This document shows, one piece after another, positions 9,729-19,168 of a stretch of 64,000 nucleotides of DNA. The position numbers were made by a program, and so were the translations under genes. Position 1 is the stretch's first letter, and every line of letters begins with the position of its first letter. The DNA comes from Candidatus Eiseniibacteriota bacterium (lineage in GTDB: Bacteria > Eisenbacteria > RBG-16-71-46 > JABDJR01). A model generated the notes under the pieces. The model was not told the DNA's origin and ran no database searches. It worked only from the letters and a program-made list of their open reading frames with translations. The stretch is from assembly GCA_963762255.1 (NCBI GenBank), contig CAVXKA010000003.1, positions 96,001 through 160,000 of the forward strand. The letters run 5' to 3'.

Positions 9729-11309
9729 ATGTCCCGACTTCGCGGCACCCTGCTTGCCGCTGTCTGCCTCGCCCTGCTCTCCTGGATCCTTCCTTCCGTC
9801 GCCCTGGCCCAGGATGCCACTCTCCAGGCGACTCTCAGCTACGTTGGACCGGGGCCGTCCGAGACCTCGGTCTTCCGCTACGACTACACCCTGACCAACA
9901 ACGCAGTGACCCCCCGGATCATCGAGTTGATCATCTTCTTCGACAGCAACCCGGACAACGGCGTCGATTTTATGGGGGATCTGTCCGACCTCAACAACAC
10001 CCCGGAGTTCAGCGGCAGCTTGACCGCGCCGGCCGGGTGGTTGATGGATGCTTTCGAGGATCCGGATCCGAACGCCTGGGCGGTGGATTTCTTCACCCCC
10101 ACCGGGCTCAATTCCATCGCCCCCGGCCAGAGCATCTCCGGTTTCTCGGTGACTTTCCTCTGGAAGGGCGCCGGCCTGCCCGGCGTGCAGTTCTACGAGG
10201 CGCTGGACGGGTGGGCTCACGAGGGCCAGTCGACCATCATCGACATCGTGCTGCCGCCGATCACCGGCACGATCACCTCGGCGTGCGACGGACATCTGCT
10301 CGCCGGCGTTCCCGTCGACCTATACAACGAGTTCGACGTGCTCATCGCATCGACGCTCACCTCGCTCACCGGCGCCTACACCTTCGCCAACCTACCGCCG
10401 GGGACCTACACGGTGAGCATCTCCACCCCCATCGGCTATGAGGAGCCTGGCGACTACATCGCCGCCCCCGGCCAGCCGACGGACTTCTCGCTCCAGTGCC
10501 TGGGCGAGACCTACGACCCGCGCACCATCGGGTTCTGGAAGCACCAAGTGAGCGTGTACCTGACAGGAAAGGGCAAGGCCCAGATCACGAAGCTGGCCTT
10601 TGTCGGCTACCTGAACGCGATCTACGACCACTACGCGCAGAGCCCGGCCCACCCCGTCTCCGTCTACACCGTGCCGCCGGGAGCGACGGAGCTCCAGAAG
10701 CTCCAGGCCGCCGACGATATCCTCGGGGTCAACGGCTGCGTGCCGATGGAGATTCGGGCCCGCCAGCAACTCATGGCCGTGCTGCTGAACTCGGCCTCGC
10801 TCAAGCTGGCTCAGACCCGGGTCGTGAGCTGCGACGGCGCCACCGCGTCGCAGGCGATCACCTATGCCTGGGATCTCATCGCTGACGGCAATCCCGTCAA
10901 CGACGAGCGGGCCAAGACGATCGCCGACGAGATCAACAACGGACGGAAGATCCCTGCCGGTTGGATTCCGCTGGGAACCCCGAACTACACCTACAGGGAG
11001 CCGGGCGTGGGCATGCGCGAGCTGCCAGGGATGACCCAGCTTCTCCCGAACGCGCCCAATCCGGTCGCGGCGATGGGGACCGACATCCGGTTCCGTCTCT
11101 CCCAGGACGGCGCGGTGCGCGTGTCGATCTTCGATGTGCAGGGCCGCGTCGTGCGGACGCTGGCCGAGGGCTTTGAAACCGCGGGCGAGCACGCCGTGCA
11201 CTGGGACGGCCGCGACGCGCGCGGTACGACGCTGGCGAGCGGACTCTACTTCTACACCCTCACGAGCCCGGACGGGACGCTCACCCGCAAGCTCGTGGTG
11301 GCGAACTGA
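9729..11309 (+). CDS. Secreted multidomain protein: beta-sandwich domain, carboxypeptidase-regulatory-like domain, C-terminal FlgD Ig-like (T9SS-CTD-like) domain
   Basis: Signal peptide ending ALA-Q; GAYTFANLPPGTYTV; RTIGFWK; C-terminal PNAPNP...IFDVQGRVVRTL...WDGRD..G..LASGLYFYTL...RKLVV. Confidence 0.8.
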   Translation: MSRLRGTLLAAVCLALLSWILPSVALAQDATLQATLSYVGPGPSETSVFRYDYTLTNNAVTPRIIELIIFFDSNPDNGVDFMGDLSDLNNTPEFSGSLTAPAGWLMDAFEDPDPNAWAVDFFTPTGLNSIAPGQSISGFSVTFLWKGAGLPGVQFYEALDGWAHEGQSTIIDIVLPPITGTITSACDGHLLAGVPVDLYNEFDVLIASTLTSLTGAYTFANLPPGTYTVSISTPIGYEEPGDYIAAPGQPTDFSLQCLGETYDPRTIGFWKHQVSVYLTGKGKAQITKLAFVGYLNAIYDHYAQSPAHPVSVYTVPPGATELQKLQAADDILGVNGCVPMEIRARQQLMAVLLNSASLKLAQTRVVSCDGATASQAITYAWDLIADGNPVNDERAKTIADEINNGRKIPAGWIPLGTPNYTYREPGVGMRELPGMTQLLPNAPNPVAAMGTDIRFRLSQDGAVRVSIFDVQGRVVRTLAEGFETAGEHAVHWDGRDARGTTLASGLYFYTLTSPDGTLTRKLVVAN

Positions 11310-11322
11310 CCATGAGCGGGAG

Positions 11323-11346
11323 GAGGGCCGGCTTCGGCCGGCCCTC
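11323..11346 (+). terminator. GC-rich TTCG-tetraloop hairpin between the two secreted paralogues (terminator or mRNA stabiliser)
   Basis: GAGGGCCGGC-TTCG-GCCGGCCCTC, a perfect 10-bp stem with no U-tract. Confidence 0.45.
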
Positions 11347-11407
11347 ACCGCGCCTCCGCGGGTCGCTCCATCGCGGCGGACACCATGCATTCGGAGGACA
11401 CAACATC

Positions 11408-11983
11408 ATGAGGACTTGGATTCCGATTCTGGTCTTGGGCTTGCTGGCGATCACAACCGTGTCCGCCCAGGCGCAGGTCGGCGGGACTGCCAGCGTTACC
11501 TACCGTCTGTATCACTTCGAGGGCGGAAACTGGGTCGAGTACGGGCCCAACGCGACGCTGCCGGCCGGAGGTGACCAGCCTGGCACCAATCTGTGGCGCT
11601 ACACCTACGAACTCTGCAACATCGGGTTCTCAACGGGGGTGCGGGAGCTCCACATGTTCTTCAACTCGGACAACGTGCTCTGTGCGACCTTCGTGGGCTC
11701 CACGCAGCCCGCGAACTGGACGGCACCCCTGATGGGTCCGATCGCTCCCGACAATAACTGGCGGATCCGCTATCGGACCCTGGTCACAGCGGCCCGCGTG
11801 GCACAGGGGGCCTGCAACGACACGTTCAGCGCCGATTTCACATGGGTCTGCCCAAGCCTCCCCGGTGCACAGAACTTCGACGCCATCGCCGGTACCGGGT
11901 CCTATGCCGCTCAGAGCATCTCCGGCGCGCCGGTCCCGGTCGAGTCCAGCACGTGGGGACGGGTGAAGAGCCTCTACAGATAG
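11408..11983 (+). CDS. Secreted hypothetical protein with C-terminal PVESSTWGRVKSLYR tail
   Basis: GGAGGA RBS; signal peptide MRTWIPILVLGLLAITTVSAQA; its domain is paralogous to the N-domain of the 9729 protein. Confidence 0.8.
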   Translation: MRTWIPILVLGLLAITTVSAQAQVGGTASVTYRLYHFEGGNWVEYGPNATLPAGGDQPGTNLWRYTYELCNIGFSTGVRELHMFFNSDNVLCATFVGSTQPANWTAPLMGPIAPDNNWRIRYRTLVTAARVAQGACNDTFSADFTWVCPSLPGAQNFDAIAGTGSYAAQSISGAPVPVESSTWGRVKSLYR

Positions 11984-12016
11984 TCCGTCGTTTCGCAGAG
12001 AGTCGGGGAACACGGG

Positions 12017-12047
12017 GACGGGGCGGCGCTGAGCCGCCCCGTCTTTT
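12017..12047 (+). terminator. Rho-independent terminator
   Basis: GACGGGGCGGC-loop-GCCGCCCCGTC followed by TTTT, between convergent genes. Confidence 0.75.
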
Positions 12048-12048
12048 C

Positions 12049-12930
12049 TCATCCGCCGGAAGCCACGAGCGCGTACCCCTCGCCTTCGCGGACGATGTGT
12101 CCGGCCAATTCGAGAAGCGAGAGCGCCTCGAGCAGCGCCGCCGCGGTGAGTCCGGAGCGGCGGGACAAGGTCTCGGCGTCGGCCGGGCCGTGCACCGCGA
12201 TACACCGCCACACCGCTGTCTCGCTGCGAGCGAGACCGGGAGGAACGGCCGAGTTCGCGACGCGATCTCGTCCCGCTTGGGCGAGACCGATCGAGACCAG
12301 CACGTCGAGCGCGTCGAGCACGACACCGGCCCCGTCTCGAAGCAGTCGGTTGCTACCCCGACAACTGGGGCGGCGCGGATCTCCGGGCACCGCCCACAGC
12401 TCGCGACCGAGTCCGGCCGAAATTCCAGCAGTGATGAGAGCCCCACTTCTCGCCCCCGCCTCCACGACCAACGTCCCCAGCGAATAGCCGGCGACCAGCC
12501 GATTGCGTTCCACGAAGCGGTAGGCCAGGGGCGGCGCGCCGAGGGGATATTCCGAGGCGATCGCTCCTCGTTGGAGGATCTCTTCCCCCAGGCGGCGACT
12601 CGACTTCGGGTAGACGACGTCGATGCCGTTGCCGAGGAACGCCACCGTGCTCCCTCCGGCATCCAGAGCGCCTCGATGAGCGGCCGAGTCGATCCCCCGG
12701 GCGAGGCCGCTCACCACGACCGCCCCGTGCTTCGCCAGACCGAAGGCGATCTCGTAGGCCACCTGCTCCCCTCCCGGCGACGCGGCGCGGCTTCCCACGA
12801 TCGCGATCTTGGGAATCGCTTCAGGGGGAAGCTCCCCTGCAACGAACAACTCCTGGCAAGGACGGGGTAGGGCGCGCAACGAGGCGGGCAGCGCCTCGGC
12901 GGTCAAACGGCGGACATCCTTCACATCCAT
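12049..12930 (-). CDS. dprA: DNA-processing protein DprA (short form)
   Basis: IAIVGSR, VVSGLARGIDSAAHRGAL, FVERNRLVAG, VVEAGARSGALITA, AVPG, GSNRLLRDGA, C-terminal winged helix LSLLELAG. Confidence 0.95.
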   Translation of the reverse strand: MDVKDVRRLTAEALPASLRALPRPCQELFVAGELPPEAIPKIAIVGSRAASPGGEQVAYEIAFGLAKHGAVVVSGLARGIDSAAHRGALDAGGSTVAFLGNGIDVVYPKSSRRLGEEILQRGAIASEYPLGAPPLAYRFVERNRLVAGYSLGTLVVEAGARSGALITAGISAGLGRELWAVPGDPRRPSCRGSNRLLRDGAGVVLDALDVLVSIGLAQAGRDRVANSAVPPGLARSETAVWRCIAVHGPADAETLSRRSGLTAAALLEALSLLELAGHIVREGEGYALVASGG

Positions 12931-13013
12931 GGAGGTGCTCCACGGACGGGGGAAGGGGAGGCGGACTTGACTCGAACGGATCGCCGGATCGTGATGCGGT
13001 CCGGCCGGTCAGA

Positions 13014-13616
13014 CTAGGCGCTGTTTGCGGCGTTCTTGGGTCCGAGACCGGTCGGTTCCGTGACCTCACCGGCCCGCGGGACTTCCTTGAGGAACTGCGA
13101 GGGCTCGGCGAGAACCTCCGCGACCTTGCCCCCCGCGTCGGGATGTACGGCGATGAGCAGCCGCTTCACGTCCTCCGCCCGCCGAGCCCCCAGACCCCAG
13201 ATGACTCGCGCGGTTTCCTGCGCGTGCCCGCTGCGAACGAGATCGGCCACGGAGGCGAGCGCGGCCCCCTGCACCGTTCGATTCGACTCGGCGAGAAGTT
13301 CGATCAACTTGGGAAGGCTGGCCGCGTGACCGACACGGCCGAGCACGCGCGCAGCCGCGGCGCGGGTGTACCACAGCCCGCTCTCCAGAAGCGGCAGTAG
13401 ACGAGGCACCGCCACATCACCGACTTCGGCCAGAGCGTTCACCGCCTGGTCGCGCAGATACCAGGAGTCGTCCTCGAGAAGTTCGACCAGGATCTCCACC
13501 GCCTTGTCGGTCTTGCGGCGGCGCAGGTCCGCGATGAGCGCGCGCTTCCCGTCGAGGTTGCGGCGCTTGAGCGCTTCGAGAAACTGATCGGGAGGAACCA
13601 TGCTCAACTCTTCCAT
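13014..13616 (-). CDS. HEAT-repeat protein
   Basis: Repeats LLEDDSWYLRDQAVNAL, LLESGLWYTRAAAARVLG, LLAESNRTVQGAALASV. Confidence 0.75.
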   Translation of the reverse strand: MEELSMVPPDQFLEALKRRNLDGKRALIADLRRRKTDKAVEILVELLEDDSWYLRDQAVNALAEVGDVAVPRLLPLLESGLWYTRAAAARVLGRVGHAASLPKLIELLAESNRTVQGAALASVADLVRSGHAQETARVIWGLGARRAEDVKRLLIAVHPDAGGKVAEVLAEPSQFLKEVPRAGEVTEPTGLGPKNAANSA

Positions 13617-13698
13617 GTCGGCTCCGTTCAGGAGAATTGAAGTTGCTCGCGTCGGGGCGGTGCGGGTCGAGCTCCGAACCGGCACCCGGGAGTTTCGT

Positions 13699-14703
13699 TC
13701 ACGATCCGAGCTCCTCGCTCAATTCGGTTTCAACCAAACGGTATAGGTCGCGCACGACCTCCTCAAGCCCCCGTTTGGAGTGGGACGAGATGATATACGG
13801 TTCGGTGGAAAGACGCGAGAGACCGGGGGGGGATTCTCCCGAGGGGAGCTGATCCGCCTTGCTCAAGGCCACCAGAAACGGCTTTGCCGCAAGGAGTTCC
13901 GAGTGGGAGGCCAACTCGCGGCGGAGGGTGGCCAGAGCGCGCTCCGGCTCGGGATCCACGGCATCGATGAGAAAGAGGAGCACCCGGGTCCGCTCGAGAT
14001 GGCGCAGGAACTTGATGCCGAGCCCCTTGCCTCGGCTGGCGCCCTCGATCAACCCGGGGATGTCGGCGAGGACGAAGGACCCGTACTCCCCCACCCGCAC
14101 GATTCCCAGGTAGGGCTCCAAGGTAGTGAACGGATAGTCGGCGACCTTGGGGCGCGCTGCGCTGAGCGCGGCGAGAAGGGTGGACTTGCCCGCGTTGGGG
14201 AAGCCGACGAGACCGACATCGGCCAGAAGCTTCAGGGTGAGCACGATGTCCCGCTCCTCGGCGATCCCCCCCTCCTCCGAGAACTGCGGCGACTGCAAGG
14301 TGGACGTCGCGAAGTGCTGGTTGCCTCGTCCGCCTTTCCCGCCGTGGGCCACGATGAAGCGGTCTCCGTCGCCGACGAGATCGCCGAGAATCTCGCCGCT
14401 CTCCGCGTCGCGAACCTCGGTCCCGACCGGAACGCGGATCACGAGATCATCGGCGGAGCGGCCGGTGCGCCCGGCCCCCCCGCCGTGTTGCCCCCGCTCC
14501 GCGCGATACTCACGCCGGTAGCGGAAGTCGAGGAGCGTATGGAGATTCCGGTCGGCGAGCAGCACTACATCGCCGCCGCGGCCGCCGTCGCCGCCGCTGG
14601 GTCCGCCCCGCGGCACGTATTTCTCCCGGTGGAAGGCGATGAGACCGCTCCCGCCGTTGCCCGCGATCACCCGGCAGCGCGCTTCGTCGACGAAGATGCT
14701 CAA
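13699..14703 (-). CDS. obgE: GTPase ObgE/CgtA
   Basis: FVDEA..GNGGSG..FHREKYVPRGGPSGGDGGRGG, LKLLADVGLVGFPNAGKST, DYPFTTL, ADIPGLIEGA. TTG start overlaps the upstream TGA. Confidence 0.95.
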   Translation of the reverse strand: MSIFVDEARCRVIAGNGGSGLIAFHREKYVPRGGPSGGDGGRGGDVVLLADRNLHTLLDFRYRREYRAERGQHGGGAGRTGRSADDLVIRVPVGTEVRDAESGEILGDLVGDGDRFIVAHGGKGGRGNQHFATSTLQSPQFSEEGGIAEERDIVLTLKLLADVGLVGFPNAGKSTLLAALSAARPKVADYPFTTLEPYLGIVRVGEYGSFVLADIPGLIEGASRGKGLGIKFLRHLERTRVLLFLIDAVDPEPERALATLRRELASHSELLAAKPFLVALSKADQLPSGESPPGLSRLSTEPYIISSHSKRGLEEVVRDLYRLVETELSEELGS

Positions 14704-15053
14704 TGGCTGCTCGACTTTCCCTTGGCGGTCTTGGGCTTCTGCTTGGTGTCCTTCGGCTTCTCCGCCTTGGCCGCGCTCTCGGGCTTCGCGCCCCCCTCGA
14801 CCTTGGCGGCGCTTCCTTCGATCTTCGCCGGCGCACCCGAGTCGGACTTGGCATCCCGACGGTAGTCTTTGCTGCGATAGTCGGTGGCGTAGAACCCGCT
14901 CCCCTTGAAGATGATGCCGGCGCCGGTACCGATGAGGCGCTTGACCTTGCGTCCCTTGCACTTCGGGCAGGTCTTCAGCGGCGGGTCGTTGATGCCTTGA
15001 AATCTCTCGAAGGTATGTCCGCACTTCGGGCATTCATAGTCGTAGGTCGGCAT
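14700..15053 (-). CDS. FmdB-family zinc-ribbon protein
   Basis: MPTYDYECPKCGHTFE...CPKC...IFKGSGFYATDY with a Lys/Ala-rich tail. Confidence 0.9.
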   Translation of the reverse strand: MPTYDYECPKCGHTFERFQGINDPPLKTCPKCKGRKVKRLIGTGAGIIFKGSGFYATDYRSKDYRRDAKSDSGAPAKIEGSAAKVEGGAKPESAAKAEKPKDTKQKPKTAKGKSSSH

Positions 15054-15072
15054 GCTCTGTCTCGCGTTCCCT

Positions 15073-15567
15073 TCAGCGGTTGTATTTCTTGCGCAGCGCT
15101 TCCAATACCGGCGCCGGCACCAGACCGGAGACGTCGCCGCCAAGCCGCGCGACTTCCTTGATCACGCTCGAGTTGAGATAGGAGTACTCCGCGCTCGGCA
15201 TGAAGAAGAGCGTCTCCACCTGGGGGGCGAGGCGGTAGTTCATGAGCGCAAGCTGCAGCTCGTATTCGAAATCGCTCACGAAGCGCAGACCGCGCACGAT
15301 GGCCGCCGCACCTCGCTCCCGCGCGAAATTCACGAGGAGGCCGTCCATGACCTCGATTCTGGCCCCGGGGATTCCCTCCACGGCCGCGCGCAGGAAATCC
15401 TGGCGCTCCTCGAGCGTGAAGAGGGGCTCCTTGTGATAGGCCCTCGCCACGGCCACCGTCACCTCGTCCAGCACCTTGAGTGAACGGCGCAGGATGTCGA
15501 GATGCCCCTCCGTCACCGGATCGAACGTCCCCGGGAAGATGCCACGTCGCATACGGATCCCTTTCAC
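15073..15567 (-). CDS. coaD: Phosphopantetheine adenylyltransferase
   Basis: FPGTFDPVTEGHLDI, IVRGLRFVSDFEYE, SSVIKEVARLGGDVSGLVP. Confidence 0.96.
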   Translation of the reverse strand: MKGIRMRRGIFPGTFDPVTEGHLDILRRSLKVLDEVTVAVARAYHKEPLFTLEERQDFLRAAVEGIPGARIEVMDGLLVNFARERGAAAIVRGLRFVSDFEYELQLALMNYRLAPQVETLFFMPSAEYSYLNSSVIKEVARLGGDVSGLVPAPVLEALRKKYNR

Positions 15568-16160
15568 TCACCCACCGGAGGCGCGGCGCCCGCCCACCGG
15601 AAGAATGACAACGTCGTGTCGCCGTAACGCCGGCGCTGGAGCGCTTCCCAGGCCGTGTGGACCGGCTCGGCCCCGGTTTCGTGCTCGATCACCAGCCACC
15701 CGTCCGCGGCAAGCGCCTCGCACCGGGCCAGAGCGTCGAGAAACCGTTCCGGCCAGCCGCGCCGGTACGGCGGATCGGCGAGGATCACGCCGGCCGGCTG
15801 CGCATCCCCGCGCCACGAGACTGGGCGCAACGCGTCTCCTGCCACGACCCGCGCCTCGACCGGGCTTCCGACCCGCTGGAGGTTGCGCCGCAGGACGGCC
15901 AAGCTGGCCGGCTCGTGCTCCACGAATACGATCTCGGCCGCACCCCGACTCAAGGCCTCGATGCCCAGAGCGCCCGTGCCCGCGAAGGCGTCCACGACAC
16001 GCGCTCCCTCCAGGCGTGCACCCAGGATGGAGAAGAGGGCTTCCTTGACCTTGTCCGATGTGGGACGGAGGTCGAGCCCGGGAAGGGTCTCCAGCTTCAG
16101 GCCTCGGAAGCGGCCCCCGGTCACCCGGACCCCGGCGCCTCGGCTTGCCTCACTCGCCAT
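15564..16160 (-). CDS. rsmD: 16S rRNA m2G966 methyltransferase
   Basis: RPTSDKVKEALFSIL, DAFAGTGALGIEALSRGA, DPPY, RRYGDT. Confidence 0.93.
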   Translation of the reverse strand: MASEASRGAGVRVTGGRFRGLKLETLPGLDLRPTSDKVKEALFSILGARLEGARVVDAFAGTGALGIEALSRGAAEIVFVEHEPASLAVLRRNLQRVGSPVEARVVAGDALRPVSWRGDAQPAGVILADPPYRRGWPERFLDALARCEALAADGWLVIEHETGAEPVHTAWEALQRRRYGDTTLSFFRWAGAAPPVGE

Positions 16161-16269
16161 GCGATGTGGACCCTCCCCGGCGCCGCAGCACGCGGGCTAA
16201 CTTGGCGGAAGGCAAGAAGCTAGCAGAGGGCCAGGAGCGAGTCAACCGGGGGCGGTGCGGCCCCCCGGC

Positions 16270-16797
16270 TCAGAACGTGCTGAGAATCTCGATGATCTCG
16301 TCGCGGAGGTCTTCCGGGGCCGTTTCCCGGCGGCAGTCGATCGCGCGATGGCAGGCTTGCGCGTAGAGCGGATCGCGGCGCGAGGCGAGCCCCCGCAGCA
16401 CGAACAACGGGTCGCCTCCCGTCAGGAGCGGGCGCCCCTTTCCGCCCGCGAGCCGCCGGGCGGCCTCCTCGGGAGCGATGCGCAACCAGACGACGGTGAA
16501 CGCCTCGCGCAACCGGAGGATGTTCCCCTCGCCGGTCACCATCCCCCCGCCGGTGGCGACGACGAAGGGGGGCGGCGTCTCGGCGAGATCCGCCAGCACG
16601 CGCGCTTCGCGAGCCCGGAAACCGGCCTCGCCCTCCGCGGCGAAGAGACGCGGAATCGTGAGCCCGCTCTCGCGCTCGACGAGGATATCCGCGTCATGAA
16701 ACGGCCAGGAGAGCGCGGCGGCGACCAGACGACCGACCCGGGTCTTGCCCGCACCCATGAGACCGACCAGCGCCAGGCGGCAAACGACAAGCGGCAT
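16270..16797 (-). CDS. aroK: Shikimate kinase
   Basis: LVGLMGAGKTRVG, GEAGFRAREA, VVATGGG, RPLL, RDPLY. Confidence 0.93.
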   Translation of the reverse strand: MPLVVCRLALVGLMGAGKTRVGRLVAAALSWPFHDADILVERESGLTIPRLFAAEGEAGFRAREARVLADLAETPPPFVVATGGGMVTGEGNILRLREAFTVVWLRIAPEEAARRLAGGKGRPLLTGGDPLFVLRGLASRRDPLYAQACHRAIDCRRETAPEDLRDEIIEILSTF

Positions 16798-16824
16798 GAC
16801 CTCATGCTAGCCCATGCCCGCCCC

Positions 16825-16873
16825 AAAGAAGAAGGGCGCCGCCGTGCCCTCCAGCCTCGGCGGCGCCCTCTTC
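16825..16873 (-). terminator. Hairpin terminator downstream of pilQ
   Basis: Stem AGGGCGCCGCCG / CGGCGGCGCCCT, followed on the minus strand by a T-rich run. Confidence 0.6.
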
Positions 16874-16902
16874 AAGTGCTCGGGGTCGTCCCCCGACCTA
16901 CC

Positions 16903-18690
16903 CTATTCTGACGAGGTCTGCGCCGCGTCGAAGGAGTTGATGATGCGCGGGGTCACGAAGATGAGCAGCTCGCGCTTTTCCTTGACCTCGGAAGTCTGCC
17001 GGAAGAGCCCGCCGATGAGCGGGAGGTTCTTCAGGAACGGCACTCCTCGATTCAGGGTCGTGGTGTTGGACCGGATCAGACCGCCGATGACCGCGGTCTC
17101 GCCGTTGCCCACCATCACTCGCGTGTCCGCCTCGCTCGTCGTGATGATCACGCCGCCCTGCACCGTGGCCTGACTCGAGAGGTCGCTGACCTCGGGGTGC
17201 AGGTCCAGAGTGATGCGGTTGTTGTCGTTGATGTGCGGCGTCACCCGCATGGTGATGCCGATGGTGGTGAGCTGGGTCACCGCGTTACCGGCCTCGTCGA
17301 GCGTGATGAGCGGGATCTTCTTGCCGACCAGGATGCGCGCTTCGCGGTTGTTCACCGTGGTGATGCGCGGGTTGGAAATGATGTTGGCCTTGTTGTCCTG
17401 CTCCAGGGCCTTCAGCATCCCCGATACCGCACCCCAGGACTTGACGAGCCCGAAGCGGACGGTCCCGGTGGGATTCGCCACGTCGCCGGAGCCCGCGCTC
17501 CCCTCGATCGATGCGCCTCCGCTGGAGTGGAGCCCCGCGGCTTCCCAGAGCACCCCGAGGTCCTTCGAGTAGCGGGCGTCTACGTCCACCAACTTGGCCA
17601 CGATCTCGACCTGCGGAGTCTGCGAATCGAGGTGCTGGATCATCTGCACCGCCGACTCGACGCGGCTGGGAATGTCGCTCACCACCAGCGAGTTCGTGCG
17701 CTGATCGACCTCGATCTGGCCGCGCTTGCCGAGGCTCTTCTGAATCGGCACCTGAAGTTCGGCGGCGTTCGCGTACACGACCTGCACGATGCGAGTCGTG
17801 AGCGGCATCACGTCTTCGAGCAACCGGTCGGCGGAGGTCCGTTCGAGTTCCTCCTTGCGGAGGTTCTCCTCGGTATCGACGCGAATGATACCGTTCTCCT
17901 CGCTGTACCAGAGGTGATTGCTCCGGAGCACCATCTCCAGAGCCTCTCCCCACGGCACGTTTTCCAGATGCACCGATACCGGATCCTTGACCGCATTGCG
18001 GACATCGTAGCCCATGACGATGTTCACGCCGCTGTACTCCGAAATGCTCCGCAGCACGGTGTAGATGTCGGCGACCTGAATGTCGAGGCTCACCCTCGAT
18101 CCGCCCCGGCTGGCGAGACTCGAGTGTTCCTGAACGTTGAAGCTCGCCACCGCGGGGTCGGTGCGGGTGTAGTCGGCGGCATAATCCGGGCGCGTGGGGA
18201 GGGCGTACTCGAAACGCTCCTCCGCCGGAGTGAGATCCTGAGCCTTCTCGGGCTCGGGGGCGGCGCTCGGAGCCAATCCGCCGCTCACCTCCGGACGGAG
18301 CGTGATCATCACGCCGTCCTCGACTTCCCGAACCTCCGACACAACCGGACGCTGGAGCTGTACGGACAGGCGGGTCAACGCATGCGCGCCGTCCCCCTTC
18401 CACACACTCGCCTCCATGCCGCCGGCCAGTCCCTCGCCGGCCGGGAGATCCGCCAACGCCACCGCGTCCACTCCTTCGAGATCGACGTAGAGGCGCGCCG
18501 GATCCTGAAGGACGAAGTGACTGAATTCCACGGGCTCATCGAGCGTCACGTGGATTCGGGTCACATCGCCCTCGGTGGATACCGACATCCCTGTCAGAGT
18601 GGCGGCGGCGGACCACCCCGCCGTGATCGCCGCTCCGAAGAGACAGAGGGCGGCGGTGCGAACCGCGGCGCTCAAGTTACCGTTTCTCAT
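16903..18690 (-). CDS. pilQ: Type IV pilus secretin with AMIN domain
   Basis: AMIN motif FVLQDPARLYVDL; N0 motif LENVPWGEAL; DQRTNSLVVSD; secretin IISNPRITT...GETAVIGGL...GVPFLKNLPLIGGLF...RELLIFVTPRI. Confidence 0.95.
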   Translation of the reverse strand: MRNGNLSAAVRTAALCLFGAAITAGWSAAATLTGMSVSTEGDVTRIHVTLDEPVEFSHFVLQDPARLYVDLEGVDAVALADLPAGEGLAGGMEASVWKGDGAHALTRLSVQLQRPVVSEVREVEDGVMITLRPEVSGGLAPSAAPEPEKAQDLTPAEERFEYALPTRPDYAADYTRTDPAVASFNVQEHSSLASRGGSRVSLDIQVADIYTVLRSISEYSGVNIVMGYDVRNAVKDPVSVHLENVPWGEALEMVLRSNHLWYSEENGIIRVDTEENLRKEELERTSADRLLEDVMPLTTRIVQVVYANAAELQVPIQKSLGKRGQIEVDQRTNSLVVSDIPSRVESAVQMIQHLDSQTPQVEIVAKLVDVDARYSKDLGVLWEAAGLHSSGGASIEGSAGSGDVANPTGTVRFGLVKSWGAVSGMLKALEQDNKANIISNPRITTVNNREARILVGKKIPLITLDEAGNAVTQLTTIGITMRVTPHINDNNRITLDLHPEVSDLSSQATVQGGVIITTSEADTRVMVGNGETAVIGGLIRSNTTTLNRGVPFLKNLPLIGGLFRQTSEVKEKRELLIFVTPRIINSFDAAQTSSE

Positions 18691-19168
18691 GGGAACCCTC
18701 TCCTTCATGGATCTGGATCGTCACGTTGGCGGTTTCACCGAAGAAGTAGTGCTGTACGGTGAGACTGGTCTGCGTGATCTCAACGACTTTGCCGTTCACC
18801 ATGCGGTCGCCGATGCGCAGGGTATGCACGTTGTCGCGCTTGTCCTGTACGACCGCAAACTTGTCATTCTCGCCCCAAACCACACCGACCAGGATCAGCT
18901 CGCCGATGTCGAGAAGATCGTCGCTGCCGGTGCTGGCGAATCTTCCCTTGAGCAACGAACCGAAGGGATCGCGCCGCGAGAAGCTCGTGTAGAAATAGTG
19001 CCCGCGGCTCAGGAGCAGCTCGTCCCCCACCGTAGCGGGAGCCTTCAACACGGTGTTGGAGTCGTCGCCGCCGCCGCCGGTCGCGGCGGGAGGCGCGGCG
19101 AAGACCGCCGAAGCGCTCACGACGAGCCCGACCAGGGCCAGCGCGCGCAGCAGGTGCTTAGCTCTCAT
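18677..19168 (-). CDS. pilP: PilP-like pilus assembly protein
   Basis: Signal peptide, RRDPF motif, LILVGVVWG..AVVQD...LRIGD..NGKVVEI; lies between pilO and pilQ. Confidence 0.7.
   Translation of the reverse strand: MRAKHLLRALALVGLVVSASAVFAAPPAATGGGGDDSNTVLKAPATVGDELLLSRGHYFYTSFSRRDPFGSLLKGRFASTGSDDLLDIGELILVGVVWGENDKFAVVQDKRDNVHTLRIGDRMVNGKVVEITQTSLTVQHYFFGETANVTIQIHEGEGSHEKR

Noticed and set aside
13699-14703. Short Obg lacking the C-terminal domain
   Set aside because: A common natural variant in many phyla.
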